From an uncultured virus (IMG/VR IMGVR_UViG_3300024319_000010) (Duplodnaviria; Heunggongvirae; Uroviricota; Caudoviricetes; Crassvirales), in IMG/VR virus record IMGVR_UViG_3300024319_000010: a stretch of DNA of 20,000 bases; one strand, written 5' to 3'. The notes beneath the pieces were generated by a model. The model saw only the letters and a program-made list of their open reading frames with translations. It made no database searches and had not been told where the DNA came from. The translations under genes and the position numbers were made by a program. Shown here one piece after another: positions 8,303-16,613 of the stretch. Every line of letters starts with the position of its first letter. The stretch's first letter is position 1.

Positions 8303-8974
8303 ATGGAATTACCAACTCAAGTAGTAAAATCAAAAACAGTAAATCCTAGCTTGCTGACTATATTCGGTCAGTCAAAAGCAGGTAAGACAACTATGTTGTC
8401 AAAGCTCGAAGGGTGTCTTATTATAGACACAGAACGAGGTAGTAAATACATCGATGCCTTAAAGGTAGAAGTAAGTACTACTAATGAATTAAAACAACTT
8501 GTTGGTGCTCTGAAAGCAGAGTCTAACAAGTATAAATATATTGCGCTCGACACAATTGACAATGTAGTATCATGGATAGAGAGAGACATAGCTAGAGAGA
8601 ATAATTTAGACTCTTTTGCTAAACTTCCTTTCGGTGATGGCTACAATCAAGTGCGTACAAGAGTTATGGGGCTTATTGATGCTCTATTAACATGTAGTGA
8701 GCATATTATTCTCGTTGGTCACCGTAAGAAAACAATCATTGGTACAGACTCAGTAGAAGTCAATGTAAGCAGCTTAGATCTTTCAGGTAAACTCAAGAAT
8801 TATATCATGGCTAAATCCGACGCAATAGGATTTGTATATAGAAACGATGAAGGAGTTCTTAGTATATCTTTCGAAGCTTCAGACGAAGTGGAAGCAGGTA
8901 CAAGATTACCTCATTTGGCTGGTCAAATTATGAATTTTGACTGGAAACACATATACAAAACAAGTATTAAATAG
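8303..8974 (+). CDS. AAA_24 / Sak4-like P-loop ATPase, 223 aa
   Basis: GQSKAGKTT, IIDTERGS, IALDTID, LVGH. Start moved from 8264 to ATG 8303 (leader AAAAACAATTAT), which removes the overlap with the helicase. Confidence 0.85.
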   Translation: MELPTQVVKSKTVNPSLLTIFGQSKAGKTTMLSKLEGCLIIDTERGSKYIDALKVEVSTTNELKQLVGALKAESNKYKYIALDTIDNVVSWIERDIARENNLDSFAKLPFGDGYNQVRTRVMGLIDALLTCSEHIILVGHRKKTIIGTDSVEVNVSSLDLSGKLKNYIMAKSDAIGFVYRNDEGVLSISFEASDEVEAGTRLPHLAGQIMNFDWKHIYKTSIK

Positions 8975-8994
8975 GGCATATTTGCTCTATTTTT
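8969..8994 (+). terminator. Hairpin overlapping the stop of the ATPase gene
   Basis: AAATAGGGCA-TATT-TGCTCTATTT, a 10-bp stem with one G-U pair, running into a T tract. Confidence 0.5.
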
Positions 8995-9005
8995 CGTATA
9001 TTTAT
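8990..9005 (+). promoter_or_regulatory. Putative Bacteroidota-type -7 promoter box
   Basis: TTTTTCG-TATATTTA (8997-9004) is one mismatch from TAnnTTTG and lies about 45 nt upstream of ATG 9048. Confidence 0.5.
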
Positions 9006-9047
9006 ATTAACTAAACAGTAAAACAAATTTAATTTTAAAAATCAATT

Positions 9048-9674
9048 ATGTATCAATTACAAGAAACACAAACAGGTGCTCCAAGTTATAAACTTATGAG
9101 CCCAGGTATCAATGAAAACGTTAAACTAGTAGACGTTACTTTCGATACTCTTAGACAAGATGGAACAGGTGGAAACGTTATTAGATTCTATTTTCAAGAT
9201 GAAGAAGGAGCTAAATTTACACATACACAGATGGAAGTTACAAGCTTGGAAAGACTACAAGAGTCTTCTAAAAACGCTGCCTCTGCAGGAAGAAGCTGGT
9301 CTTCTACTCCTGAACAACTACATGCAGATTTAATTAGAAATACAGGTGAGGTATTACATCACATATTATCTGCTTTTATTCCTAAAGATCGTGTAGCTAT
9401 TGGTGGTACGTCTTGGAATGATTTAGGTAAGAATGTTATCGATCTTATTGGTAACTCTTATGAAGGACACAAATTCAAGATTAAGTGTGTGTATGACAAG
9501 CAAGGTAAGTATTTACAATTTCCTTCACGTCCTGTACAACCGTTTTGTTTACCTCAAGACTCTTCGCAACAGTTAGTTGTAGGGTATAGAGATAACATCA
9601 CAGCAGCACAGCCTACTAATGAGGCAGAAATCAGTTCGAATACGAACAACTCTACAGCAGGAGACAGCTGGTAA
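9048..9674 (+). CDS. Putative single-stranded DNA-binding protein, 208 aa
   Basis: Lies between a Sak4-like ATPase and a primase; OB-like pattern (PGINENVKLVDV, IRFYFQD, KFKIKCVYD); low-complexity tail ending GDSW. Confidence 0.55.
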   Translation: MYQLQETQTGAPSYKLMSPGINENVKLVDVTFDTLRQDGTGGNVIRFYFQDEEGAKFTHTQMEVTSLERLQESSKNAASAGRSWSSTPEQLHADLIRNTGEVLHHILSAFIPKDRVAIGGTSWNDLGKNVIDLIGNSYEGHKFKIKCVYDKQGKYLQFPSRPVQPFCLPQDSSQQLVVGYRDNITAAQPTNEAEISSNTNNSTAGDSW

Positions 9675-9697
9675 TCTAAACATTAATCAGACATTAC

Positions 9698-9721
9698 AGG
9701 AGGCTTCGTGCCTCCTTTTTT
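9698..9721 (+). terminator. Intrinsic terminator
   Basis: AGGAGGC-TTCGT-GCCTCCT perfect stem followed by TTTTT. Confidence 0.85.
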
Positions 9722-9739
9722 GTCTCTAAACTATAGTAA

Positions 9740-10765
9740 ATGTACAATTTAAACCCAGTAATAACGAAAGAATACATACTGAAGCATTTAGACCAAGCAC
9801 AGATACTAGAGTATTATTTAGGGGTTAAAGTTGATGTTAACACAAAAGTAAAGTCACCTCTGCGTAGAGATAATAATCCTTCTTGTTCATTTAAAATGAT
9901 CAACGGGACTATTTACTTTAAAGATTGGGCACAAGGCTTTTCTGGCGACTGGATTAGAATCATACAGTATAAGTACGGAATCACGTACGCAAAAGCACTA
10001 GAAAAGTGTGCTATAGATTTTGGTCTTACTAACGGAAGTGTCAATGCAACAGTTGTTAAAATAGAATACAAACCAGAAAAACTAGAACCAAAGGAGTCTA
10101 AAATAGAAATCAAAATTAGACCTTGGGATCAGTATGACAGAGAATTCTGGTCTAAGTATGGAATTAACAAGTCAATTCTAACTCTTTATAATGTATACCC
10201 TTGTGAAATTGTGTTTTATAATTCTAAGGTAGTCTACACAAGACGTAAAAATGATATTGCATATGCGTATAGATTTGGTCCTGGTAAATATAAGATTTAT
10301 ATGCCTCAGCGTAATGCGTTTAGATGGCTATCTAATTATAATAGCTGGCAAGGTCTAGAACAACTACCTGAATTTGGTGATCACATTGTAATTACAAAGT
10401 CTATGAAAGATGTTATGGCACTAAGACAACTTGGTGTTGTATCTGCAGCTCCGGCTTCAGAAGCAGTTATACCTGATGATGGTATAATGACAGAAATTTC
10501 TAGACGATTTACAAATATTTATTCCTTTATGGATTTTGATTTAACAGGTGTTAAAATGGCTAATACCTTACTTAAGCGTTATAATATTCAACCTTTATTC
10601 TTAACTGATGGTAGGTTTGGTACTATAAATTATGGTGCTAAAGATATATCAGATTATATAGAAATTAACGGTACTACAGAAACATTAAAATTAATTAATC
10701 AGTGCAAATATGATAGAAGCAATCGGTTGGCTAGCAATAGCTATAGTAGTAATGATAGTAAGTAA
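9740..10765 (+). CDS. dnaG: DnaG-type DNA primase with degenerate Zn-binding domain and TOPRIM domain
   Basis: N-terminal SPLRRDNNPSC...YFKDW...GD; TOPRIM-like VITKSMKDVMAL and FMDFDLTG (DxD); C-terminal KDISD. Confidence 0.85.
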   Translation: MYNLNPVITKEYILKHLDQAQILEYYLGVKVDVNTKVKSPLRRDNNPSCSFKMINGTIYFKDWAQGFSGDWIRIIQYKYGITYAKALEKCAIDFGLTNGSVNATVVKIEYKPEKLEPKESKIEIKIRPWDQYDREFWSKYGINKSILTLYNVYPCEIVFYNSKVVYTRRKNDIAYAYRFGPGKYKIYMPQRNAFRWLSNYNSWQGLEQLPEFGDHIVITKSMKDVMALRQLGVVSAAPASEAVIPDDGIMTEISRRFTNIYSFMDFDLTGVKMANTLLKRYNIQPLFLTDGRFGTINYGAKDISDYIEINGTTETLKLINQCKYDRSNRLASNSYSSNDSK

Positions 10766-10820
10766 AGAAGTAGCAAAGAAAATATTCCCAGAGGATTGGG
10801 ATAATAACCCATTTGAATAA
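10710..10820 (+). CDS. Small membrane peptide, 36 aa (not in ORF track)
   Basis: Hand translation MIEAIGWLAIAIVVMIVSKEVAKKIFPEDWDNNPFE; overlaps the primase tail and ends 11 nt before the next ATG. Confidence 0.6.
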   Translation: MIEAIGWLAIAIVVMIVSKEVAKKIFPEDWDNNPFE

Positions 10821-10831
10821 AAGCTAAAAAT

Positions 10832-11434
10832 ATGACAACATCAATAGAAATACCACAGTTCATCAAGAAAGTGATGGTAGCTAAGGCTCGTAGAATTAAG
10901 TATTACAAAAAAGGAGGTAAAATACCTAAAAAGTATGCTAACAATAAGTTTGATAAGAAAGGGCGGATGATTAACAGCGATGGTGAGCATGTTGTAGCTA
11001 ACCCTAGAACTATAGGTACAGCTAGATATCTTACAATAAACGGTCAACAGCTGTATAATGCTCGTATGAGCCCTCATATGAGGAGTAAAATAGTAAACGC
11101 AGTAAAGGATAGTTATATGCCTTACGTCAAAAATGTAAAGCCTATCAAAAAACTGCCAGTAACTATATCATTAGACTTCTATGACACAACTAGACAAGCT
11201 AATTGGGATTTAGACAATCAATGGTTGTACGGTAAATGTTTTCAAGATTTAATAGTAAAGTTAGGTATAATACCTGATGATGATATTAAATATATAACAC
11301 AAGCTAGTGCACCTCGTTTCTTTCCTGTAGATACAGAAGAAGAAAGAAAACTTATATTTCATATAAGAACAGAAACCCGTGTAGAAATACTTAAAAATAA
11401 ATTTTATGATACATTTTACAGGAAAGGTAAGTAA
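10832..11434 (+). CDS. rusA: RusA-like Holliday junction resolvase with a basic N-terminal extension
   Basis: WDLDN...K..QD.....GIIPDDD matches the RusA DxDN / K / D / DD catalytic pattern. Confidence 0.75.
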   Translation: MTTSIEIPQFIKKVMVAKARRIKYYKKGGKIPKKYANNKFDKKGRMINSDGEHVVANPRTIGTARYLTINGQQLYNARMSPHMRSKIVNAVKDSYMPYVKNVKPIKKLPVTISLDFYDTTRQANWDLDNQWLYGKCFQDLIVKLGIIPDDDIKYITQASAPRFFPVDTEEERKLIFHIRTETRVEILKNKFYDTFYRKGK

Positions 11435-11879
11435 TGGTAGAATAGTACCAGACGATCCTATTATGGTTAATGATGATCTTAATAAACTACATGATAAAGA
11501 TGTAGAGATTACGATCAAGAAAACCAAAACAAGAAGCAATCCACAAAACAGATATTATTGGGGTGTTGTAGTTTATCTTATTAAAGAACGATTTAAAGAG
11601 CTAGGCTATACACGTACAGATATTCAACAAGACAATGTAAGCAGTCCTATAACTAGAGACGATGTACATACTTTTCTTAGAGAAAACTTTCTAAGAGATG
11701 ATTGGATTGTGAAAGATACCGGTGTAGTAATCGGAACTGTAGCAAAATCAACCACGGAGTTATCTACGGATGAGTTTGTTATATACTTAGAAAATGTGAG
11801 AAATTGGGCAGTAGAAAGTTTAGACATAGACATACCTGATCCAAATACTCCTATTAGCACAAACATAGAAATCAAATAA
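11406..11879 (+). CDS. NinB/Orf-like recombination mediator, 157 aa
   Basis: RSNPQNRYYW and STTELSTDEFVIYLENVRNWA...IPDP patterns typical of the NinB/YbcN-like group. Confidence 0.7.
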   Translation: MIHFTGKVSNGRIVPDDPIMVNDDLNKLHDKDVEITIKKTKTRSNPQNRYYWGVVVYLIKERFKELGYTRTDIQQDNVSSPITRDDVHTFLRENFLRDDWIVKDTGVVIGTVAKSTTELSTDEFVIYLENVRNWAVESLDIDIPDPNTPISTNIEIK

Positions 11880-11889
11880 ATCAATAATC

Positions 11890-12120
11890 ATGGGAAGAAT
11901 GAAAGAGTACTATCTTAATAATATAGACTGGGAACACGAACACATTAATCAACCTCCAATGGAAGAACCAATGTTTTGTAGTGATCAAAGTCCGCATGTA
12001 CAATGTCCTAACTGTTTTCAAGGACGTATAAAAATAAACTACACATCTAAAGAAGGTGTGTGTGAAAGTTGTGGGCAAGAGTTTGTATTAGTAGGAAGTA
12101 ACACAGTCAGATATAAATAA
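11890..12120 (+). CDS. Zinc-ribbon protein, 76 aa
   Basis: CPNC...CESC pair. Confidence 0.75.
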   Translation: MGRMKEYYLNNIDWEHEHINQPPMEEPMFCSDQSPHVQCPNCFQGRIKINYTSKEGVCESCGQEFVLVGSNTVRYK

Positions 12121-12131
12121 AACAATAATTT

Positions 12132-14414
12132 ATGAAAATAGTAAGCAATGCAGACATACAGCATGTAGGTACTATATCAGAATCAATAGATTTTGGTATA
12201 GATAGTAGTAATATTGGTATATTGTTTAGAGGTTTCTCTGATACTTTATATTCCAATAAAATAGGATCTATAGTTAGAGAAGTAACTTCTAACTGTTTTG
12301 ATTCTCACAGAGAAGCTAACATCAAAGACGATGTAGTAATATTATTATCAAAAGCGGACCCTCTTACAGGTAAATCAGGTAAAATCTGTTTTAAAGATGT
12401 AGGTGTAGGATTAAGTCCTGATAGAATCAAAAACATTTATTCAAAGTATTTCTCTTCTACAAAAAGAGGATCTAACAATGAGATAGGTGGTTTTGGTATA
12501 GGTGCAAAGAGTCCTTTGGCTTATACAGACGCTTTTGAGGTAAAAACTATATACGATGGAATAGAATACCATTATATAGTACATAGAGGTGAACAAGTTC
12601 CTAGAATAGAGTTGTTGACTAGCAGTGTAACTGATACTAGAAATGGTACTGAAGTTATACTACCGGTTAGAACAGGAGACGAAGACAAGTTTATTACAGA
12701 GTGTAAAAGACAGCTACGTTTCTTTGATAACATCTCTTATAGAGGTATGGGTATAAACAACAACTACAAAGTAATGTCTGGTAAAAGCTGGATAGCAACT
12801 GGTAGTACTGGATATACAGATTTTAAGATCTCTATATGTTTAGGAGGTGTAAGTTATCCTCTTGACGCAGATCAAGTAGGTCTTGGTAGATACGGTGCTG
12901 ATGAAGATTATTTAGATACATACTCACAGACTACTGTAGCTTTGAAGTTTGATGTAGGTGATATAGACGTTACTATGTCTAGAGAATCTATAGAATACAA
13001 CGATAGAACTATAGCCGCTATTAAAACAAAGTATAGAGAAGCTAAAGAAGAGCTAAGAGAGCTTTATTATAAATCTTGGAAAGAAGAGACAGACTTTAAA
13101 CGTTACATAGATCTATGTGAAGAAAGCAGAGGAGTTCCTAAAATACCGGTTACAAAAGAAGAAAGTATTAGTATAGACTTTTGTATAGCTGGTTCAGATA
13201 GACCAGAGTTTGCTCCGTGGGGTATGTCAGTTAATCCTTCAGACATTGATTTTATATTTAAAGGATATGCTGTTACTGATGGTAAACGTAATACTAAAAA
13301 GTACAGTAATACTGCATCTCATTATTTTTCTAGAAAAGCTATTACAAACTTTTATAGAAAGAGAGGTAAGTTAAGCAGTATTAAGAGTGAGTACATAGAG
13401 TCACTGGTAGGGTCAAATACTTTTATTTGTCTAGAATTACAAGAAGATGAGACTTGGAAGAACAGTATGCAACAAAGTAAAGTAACAATGTTAGAAAAGC
13501 TGAAGCCTTTGCTGTTAAGATATATTATAGACAATACAAAAAGCTATGATAATCTTGTTGTTCCAGATACTTTTAAACCTTCTGTAAAAGCAATAGCTAA
13601 AGCTAAACCTCCTAGAGATTTAGTATGTGCTAGACAACTAAAGTGGTATAATGACTATGACAGGAAGTTTGAGTACGTTAGATTTTATAAAACAGAAGCA
13701 TACTACAAAGATTTAACTAAACTAGTTAACCAAGGTGTTAGTATTGTTTATGCTTCTTCAGAAGAAGAGGAGCAGCTTAAACGACTAGGTCTTGTTTTAT
13801 ACAACAGTAAGTATAACTCAGGTAAAAATAGGTTAGGTAGAGCTGTTTATGGACCTCTTTACAATGATTCTAGAATACAAGTGCATAAAATTGCTAAGTC
13901 TCACTTGAAGTGGTACAAGCAAATAGGTGCTCTTACTATTAAAGAATTTTTAGTAAAGAACTATAACTATCTTATGTGTACTAAAAACATAGAGTATTTA
14001 CACGGTCTTGTTAATAAGCATCCTGTTTTATTAGGAGAAGCATCTAATGTATCTCCTATTCCTAGAAAGTATCGTACTGATTTTGCAACCATTATTACGG
14101 ATGTAGCTACACAAAATAGAACTGATCAACGTGTAGAAAACGTAACTAAGCTGTTTAATCATTACAACATAGCCATGACTGACACTAATGCTACGGCATA
14201 TGGTAAACAGGGTGGTTATTATATGGATGGGCTTTTAGATTTTCTTAAAGATCAAGCTAACAAACTAGTGTTTTTAGAAAAGTATTTCTTAACTATAAAT
14301 ACTACCAGAGATGACAAAGCTGAGAATATTATTAAAAACATTATTCCACAGTTTTATACAAAAAACAATTTTAAAATTAAAAACTATTTCAATGAATCAA
14401 GTATTTGCAATTAG
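12132..14414 (+). CDS. rIIA: rIIA-like protein (N-terminal GHKL ATPase), 760 aa
   Basis: LYSNK..IVREVTSNCFDSH (ExxxNxxD), DVGVGLS (DxGxG), STK...IGGFGIGAKSPLAYTD, NGTEV, SRESIEY; followed directly by an rIIB-like gene. Confidence 0.88.
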   Translation: MKIVSNADIQHVGTISESIDFGIDSSNIGILFRGFSDTLYSNKIGSIVREVTSNCFDSHREANIKDDVVILLSKADPLTGKSGKICFKDVGVGLSPDRIKNIYSKYFSSTKRGSNNEIGGFGIGAKSPLAYTDAFEVKTIYDGIEYHYIVHRGEQVPRIELLTSSVTDTRNGTEVILPVRTGDEDKFITECKRQLRFFDNISYRGMGINNNYKVMSGKSWIATGSTGYTDFKISICLGGVSYPLDADQVGLGRYGADEDYLDTYSQTTVALKFDVGDIDVTMSRESIEYNDRTIAAIKTKYREAKEELRELYYKSWKEETDFKRYIDLCEESRGVPKIPVTKEESISIDFCIAGSDRPEFAPWGMSVNPSDIDFIFKGYAVTDGKRNTKKYSNTASHYFSRKAITNFYRKRGKLSSIKSEYIESLVGSNTFICLELQEDETWKNSMQQSKVTMLEKLKPLLLRYIIDNTKSYDNLVVPDTFKPSVKAIAKAKPPRDLVCARQLKWYNDYDRKFEYVRFYKTEAYYKDLTKLVNQGVSIVYASSEEEEQLKRLGLVLYNSKYNSGKNRLGRAVYGPLYNDSRIQVHKIAKSHLKWYKQIGALTIKEFLVKNYNYLMCTKNIEYLHGLVNKHPVLLGEASNVSPIPRKYRTDFATIITDVATQNRTDQRVENVTKLFNHYNIAMTDTNATAYGKQGGYYMDGLLDFLKDQANKLVFLEKYFLTINTTRDDKAENIIKNIIPQFYTKNNFKIKNYFNESSICN

Positions 14415-15528
14415 AAGTAACAAAGACGTTACAGCGTTAGTTAATGGTAGCAGTTTTTATAAAACAGCTAGCACAAAAGAAGAAGCACAAACCCTATACG
14501 AACAGGTTAAAACAGTTGCTCTAAATCCTAAAGATAATTTAGTTAGAGAGTTGATTGAGAAATTTGACCCGGTGTCTAGAGTTTATAATAACCAAGATCT
14601 TGTAAAAGACAGTCTTGGTAACTGGTATTTAAAGGGGTTCAGCGAGCCCCTACCTACCAAGCTTCTTACTAAGATGAAATCATTCTTAGACGAAGGACAT
14701 CCTATAACACCACTAGTAAATTTCTGGAAGTTATTAATGTTGAATCCTGCAGAACATGTAAAACGTGATTTGTATTCTTTTATGGATCAATACGAATTCC
14801 CTATTACAGACTCAGGATATTTTGTAGCATATAAATCTGTTAAAAAGACAGACAAGACCTACAAAGCAGTAAACATGTGGGTGCCTAAAGAGTACATACA
14901 GATGAAAGCTTCGGGAGAAGATCCTAAAGACTACACAGTTATGGACATTGATGGTAAATTCTCTATTGTTAAAACAGAAGTTGTAGCAGATAGCAATGGT
15001 AATTTTATAGCTCCTCAGCACGTTGCTGGTAATCTAGATGAAATGTTTAATAGCATGAATGATCTAGGAGGTGATGTAGATGCTCCAGAGTTTACTGACT
15101 GGCATGGTGGTAGTACACAAATTCGTTTGGGTTCTCCTGTATCTATGCCTAGAAGCTCTTGTGATAGTAATCCTAACAATACATGTTCTAGTGGTTTGCA
15201 CGTAGGTGCCCCAGGATATGTAAAAGGATTTGGTGGTAGTGGTGGAGACACTGTTTTCTTAGCAACGTTAGTTAACCCAATGAACATTGTTGCTGTACCA
15301 TCAGACTATTCTTATATGAAAATGAGATGTTGTGAGTACTATGCATATGGTATTGTAGATCTAGCTAATGATATGACAATTACAACTCCTTATTTTGAGC
15401 ACGACTATAAAACTTGGGAATCTGAGTCTTTAGAAGAGCAATTAGCTGAAATAGGACAGTATAGCACTTCTGCTCAATTGGCAGAAAAAGCTAATATCGT
15501 ACAAGAGAGACTTGTAATGGTAGCATAA
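14392..15528 (+). CDS. rIIB: rIIB-like protein, about 378 aa
   Basis: PLVNFWKLLMLNP, PITDSGYFVAYKSV, MPRSSCDSNPNNTCSSGLHVG, VNPMNIVAVPSDY, KMRCCEY. Start set at in-frame ATG 14392 rather than 14311 (smaller overlap, A-rich leader). Confidence 0.88.
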   Translation: MNQVFAIRSNKDVTALVNGSSFYKTASTKEEAQTLYEQVKTVALNPKDNLVRELIEKFDPVSRVYNNQDLVKDSLGNWYLKGFSEPLPTKLLTKMKSFLDEGHPITPLVNFWKLLMLNPAEHVKRDLYSFMDQYEFPITDSGYFVAYKSVKKTDKTYKAVNMWVPKEYIQMKASGEDPKDYTVMDIDGKFSIVKTEVVADSNGNFIAPQHVAGNLDEMFNSMNDLGGDVDAPEFTDWHGGSTQIRLGSPVSMPRSSCDSNPNNTCSSGLHVGAPGYVKGFGGSGGDTVFLATLVNPMNIVAVPSDYSYMKMRCCEYYAYGIVDLANDMTITTPYFEHDYKTWESESLEEQLAEIGQYSTSAQLAEKANIVQERLVMVA

Positions 15529-15536
15529 CTTAAAAT

Positions 15537-15594
15537 AGAGGGGTCAAGCGTAGTGATACGTGCAGGGTTACCGAGTCCCAACCCCTCTCTTTTT
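15537..15594 (+). other. Structured intergenic element (branched hairpin with T tail)
   Basis: Outer stem AGAGGGGT/ACCCCTCT encloses GCGTA-GTGA-TACGT and GGGTT-ACCG-AGTCC hairpins; followed by CTTTTT. Confidence 0.6.
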
Positions 15595-15606
15595 AAAACT
15601 TAAAAT

Positions 15607-15816
15607 ATGACAATAAAACAAGAGCATATAAGACTTATATGCAAAGCATTGAATAGAACAGAAGGACACAAAGAAGAAGCATCAAAACTTTTAGGAATTA
15701 CAGCTAGAACTTTATACAGGTATTTGGGAGATTATTCAATAATAAAAGTTAAAGGAAAATATATAGAAAATGATAAAATATCAGAAAACAAAAACCCTAG
15801 TAACAAAACCGAATAA
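15607..15816 (+). CDS. Stand-alone Fis-type (HTH_8) DNA-binding protein, 69 aa
   Basis: ICKALNRTEGHKEEASKLLGITARTLYRYL matches the Fis/NtrC AL...G....A..LGI...TL.R pattern. Confidence 0.85.
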   Translation: MTIKQEHIRLICKALNRTEGHKEEASKLLGITARTLYRYLGDYSIIKVKGKYIENDKISENKNPSNKTE

Positions 15817-16612
15817 TAACAGTGCTAATTGCATTGCACCAAACCTCATCTATGGTTGTTTTGGTGGTTGTGTTAACACTTATTGTTATATGTCACGTTA
15901 CAATGGGACCAGAGTATATGTTAATGAGAACGTTGATGAAATATTTAACTCTGTAGTAGAGTGGGAAAAGACCTATGACAAGGTACCTGATCAACAAGAC
16001 CCTGTATACACAATGGTAGACATTGCGTGTAATACAGATTTAGTACTTATGCAGAAACATGTAAAGAAAACAGGAGTTTCTTTACACGATTACTTGCTTA
16101 TGTATGATAAACACGAAAATCTTAACACAACAATGGCTACAAAGTATCCAGGACTACTAACGTTAGACGTAAATTCTTTCAAAAAACGCCCTCGTATACG
16201 TGTTTCTCTTATGCCACAGGTATATTCTACCGTCGTAGAGCCTAAAATGCAGGATATTTACTCTCGTATTGAAGATATTAATAGATTGAAAGACTTAGGA
16301 TGGGAAGTACATATAAATTACTCTCCTCTTATATTTCACCACCACTGGGATGAGCTTTATGAAGAATTATTTCAAGAAGTATCCGCAGTTGCTGGTGTTA
16401 ACAAATGTGAAGTAATAGTTTTAACTAACCATGTAAATCAAATGGCTAAAGCATCACCAGAAGCAAGACACCTAATGCAATATAGCAACGAGGTAAAGAA
16501 CAAAAGTGGTGTAATGCGTTACCCTTTGAAACATAAAAGCAGATTATTAACAGAATGGACAGAACTATACAGTAAGTATTTTCCTGTAGAAACCATTAGA
16601 TATATATTTTAA
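15770..16612 (+). CDS. Spore photoproduct lyase-like radical SAM protein, 280 aa
   Basis: GCFGGCVNTYCYM cysteine triad; DIACNTDL, ATKYP, RIRVSLMP, RIEDINRL..LGW.V....SPLI and C-terminal MRYP...YFP...IRYIF are colinear with SplB-family motifs as recalled. Confidence 0.8.
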   Translation: MIKYQKTKTLVTKPNNNSANCIAPNLIYGCFGGCVNTYCYMSRYNGTRVYVNENVDEIFNSVVEWEKTYDKVPDQQDPVYTMVDIACNTDLVLMQKHVKKTGVSLHDYLLMYDKHENLNTTMATKYPGLLTLDVNSFKKRPRIRVSLMPQVYSTVVEPKMQDIYSRIEDINRLKDLGWEVHINYSPLIFHHHWDELYEELFQEVSAVAGVNKCEVIVLTNHVNQMAKASPEARHLMQYSNEVKNKSGVMRYPLKHKSRLLTEWTELYSKYFPVETIRYIF

Positions 16613-16613
16613 T

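Noticed and set aside
14341..14350. TTATTCCACA as a DnaA box or origin
   Set aside because: Imperfect, single and inside rIIA; expected by chance in AT-rich DNA.
12132..14414. Hsp90, MutL, gyrase B or MORC call for the GHKL protein
   Set aside because: Only the N-terminal ATPase motifs are shared; the adjacent rIIB-like gene and overall layout fit rIIA better.
15537..15594. Hammerhead ribozyme or tRNA identity for the branched element
   Set aside because: No CUGANGA/GAAA core, no T-loop GTTC, and only two inner arms.
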